Program-made: the position numbers and the translations under genes
Origin: a virus
Lineage: Duplodnaviria; Caudoviricetes
Length of the DNA stretch: 64,000 nt
Virus record (IMG/VR): IMGVR_UViG_3300046007_002820
Location: 325-64,324 of that record
Direction: 5' to 3' (one strand)
The notes under the pieces: generated by a model
What the model was told of the DNA's origin: nothing
Database searches by the model: none
The model's input: only the letters and a program-made list of their open reading frames with translations
Part shown: positions 62,851 to 64,000 of the stretch, one piece after another
Numbering within the stretch: the first letter of the stretch is position 1
How the letters are laid out: each line of letters starts with the position of its first letter

Positions 62851-64000
62851 GATACGACAGCGCTCACGTCAATATGCATGTAATCTAGGCCGACGCCTAG
62901 AATTGTATTCAAGTCGACCGAAATATCCTGTTTCACTGTTGCGGCGAAGATTCTGATTTCACTGCCAGTATATTCAGAGATGTTAAGATTACTGATCTTG
63001 ATCTCGCCTGTAGTATAGTCGACCGAGCCTACGTTCTTTGCGAGGATAGTATTGTTGGACGCGGTATCAGATACGATATTCAGATTACCTTCTCCATCGT
63101 CTTGAAGAAGTCCTGAGATGTCGTTATAAACGAAAGCTGAAGAATAGATCGAAGATTTCTCTAAAGCATTCTGGAATTGCATCGTAGCTTTATATGCGGT
63201 ATTCAGATCAGGCAGAACAATTTTGTACAACCCTACAGTAAGATCGGTTCCTACAATAGATTCATCAGCTTCATTGATAGTCGTACCGAGCTCAGCATAT
63301 CTGAATTTCACATGGAAGTCTTGAAGATTTTCAGAATTGAATTCTGTGATCGCATCAGTTATTAGCGTCTTGATATCTTCGGCAGATTTTTGAGTTTTCG
63401 TCGTGCTGTATTCTGCATCCAATTCGATATGAAGATACAGATATTCTGGTTCTACAACTTGAGGAATGAATGTTGCAACCATTTTCGGCCGAATGAAATT
63501 TTCGATCGCAGTCTTTTGAGCCGACGAAATTCCATCGAAATTCTCGATGTCTACGGAAATGAGAATTCTGCCATATTTCGGCGGGGAGACTTCTTCACCA
63601 CCATAAACATGAAGAGTGCGAATTTCCGGGAATGCTTGACTGATGAGCGTCTCGTAATCTAGATATGTTACAGCCGACTCTTGAGTCTGGTAATGCCGTG
63701 GCGCATTGAACCGAATCGACTCAATCGACTCTTGTTCGGCTCCGCCGCGAGAACTTGAAACAGTGTTGATGGTGTATGTGGAGTATCCACCCATACTGTT
63801 GGATGTGAGCTTGAATGTATCAGCGCCGTTCGCATCATCTCCAGACGCGACTCTATAAGAGATATCGACGATATTCCCAGTCGTAGGTTTCCGACCTAGA
63901 ACTCCATCCCCAAACAAGACTTCGTATTTGTTGTTGGAAGTCGCTTGGACGAAGAACACGTTAGAATCGTTTTTCAAACTCTTTAGTGTATTCGTCGTTT
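62847..64000 (-). CDS. gp6: baseplate wedge protein (gp6-like), 5' end outside the window
   Basis: YEVLFGDGVLGRKP..GNIV...Y...G..ANGA...GGAE.ESIESIRFNAP..Y.TQ..AVT..DY...GGEE..PP.YG. Confidence 0.92.
   Translation of the reverse strand, partial: TTNTLKSLKNDSNVFFVQATSNNKYEVLFGDGVLGRKPTTGNIVDISYRVASGDDANGADTFKLTSNSMGGYSTYTINTVSSSRGGAEQESIESIRFNAPRHYQTQESAVTYLDYETLISQAFPEIRTLHVYGGEEVSPPKYGRILISVDIENFDGISSAQKTAIENFIRPKMVATFIPQVVEPEYLYLHIELDAEYSTTKTQKSAEDIKTLITDAITEFNSENLQDFHVKFRYAELGTTINEADESIVGTDLTVGLYKIVLPDLNTAYKATMQFQNALEKSSIYSSAFVYNDISGLLQDDGEGNLNIVSDTASNNTILAKNVGSVDYTTGEIKISNLNISEYTGSEIRIFAATVKQDISVDLNTILGVGLDYMHIDVSAVVS

Noticed and set aside
1-64000. Stop-codon reassignment suggested by frequent TAG/CTAG
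   Set aside because: Core genes are full length in the standard code and TAG, TGA and TAA all end genes; the tRNA anticodon is TCT, not a suppressor.

Overview
This is a 64-kb segment of a large T4-like myovirus genome in the standard genetic code; an alphaproteobacterial host is a weak guess from gene content. It reads in four blocks. (1) 0.2-14 kb, late genes: two very His-rich repeat proteins punctuated by (L/I)-X-E motifs resembling prohead-protease sites, tail/appendage proteins and a spanin-type lysis set. (2) 15-23.6 kb, replication and nucleotide metabolism: gp61 primase, thymidylate synthase, nrdA/nrdB, dCMP deaminase and a RuvC-like nuclease. (3) 23.6-44 kb, an accessory region with sigma70-like early promoters: two RNA ligases, a kinase, a phosphoesterase, ArfA-like and Rmf-like peptides missing from the ORF track, a GalE/glycosyltransferase/HddA/GmhA sugar cluster and an AlkB-like dioxygenase. 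(4) 40-64 kb, overlapping block 3, head-completion, tail, baseplate and neck genes, plus one tRNA-Arg(TCT). The most notable observations are a covarying structured leader shared by two antisense GIY-YIG endonuclease genes, putative protease-processed internal-head polyproteins, a heptose pathway alongside Asn-Ser/Thr-rich virion proteins, a 7-copy promoter-leader cassette and RBS-occluding hairpins at late promoters. All family assignments come from motif recognition by eye, not database searches.
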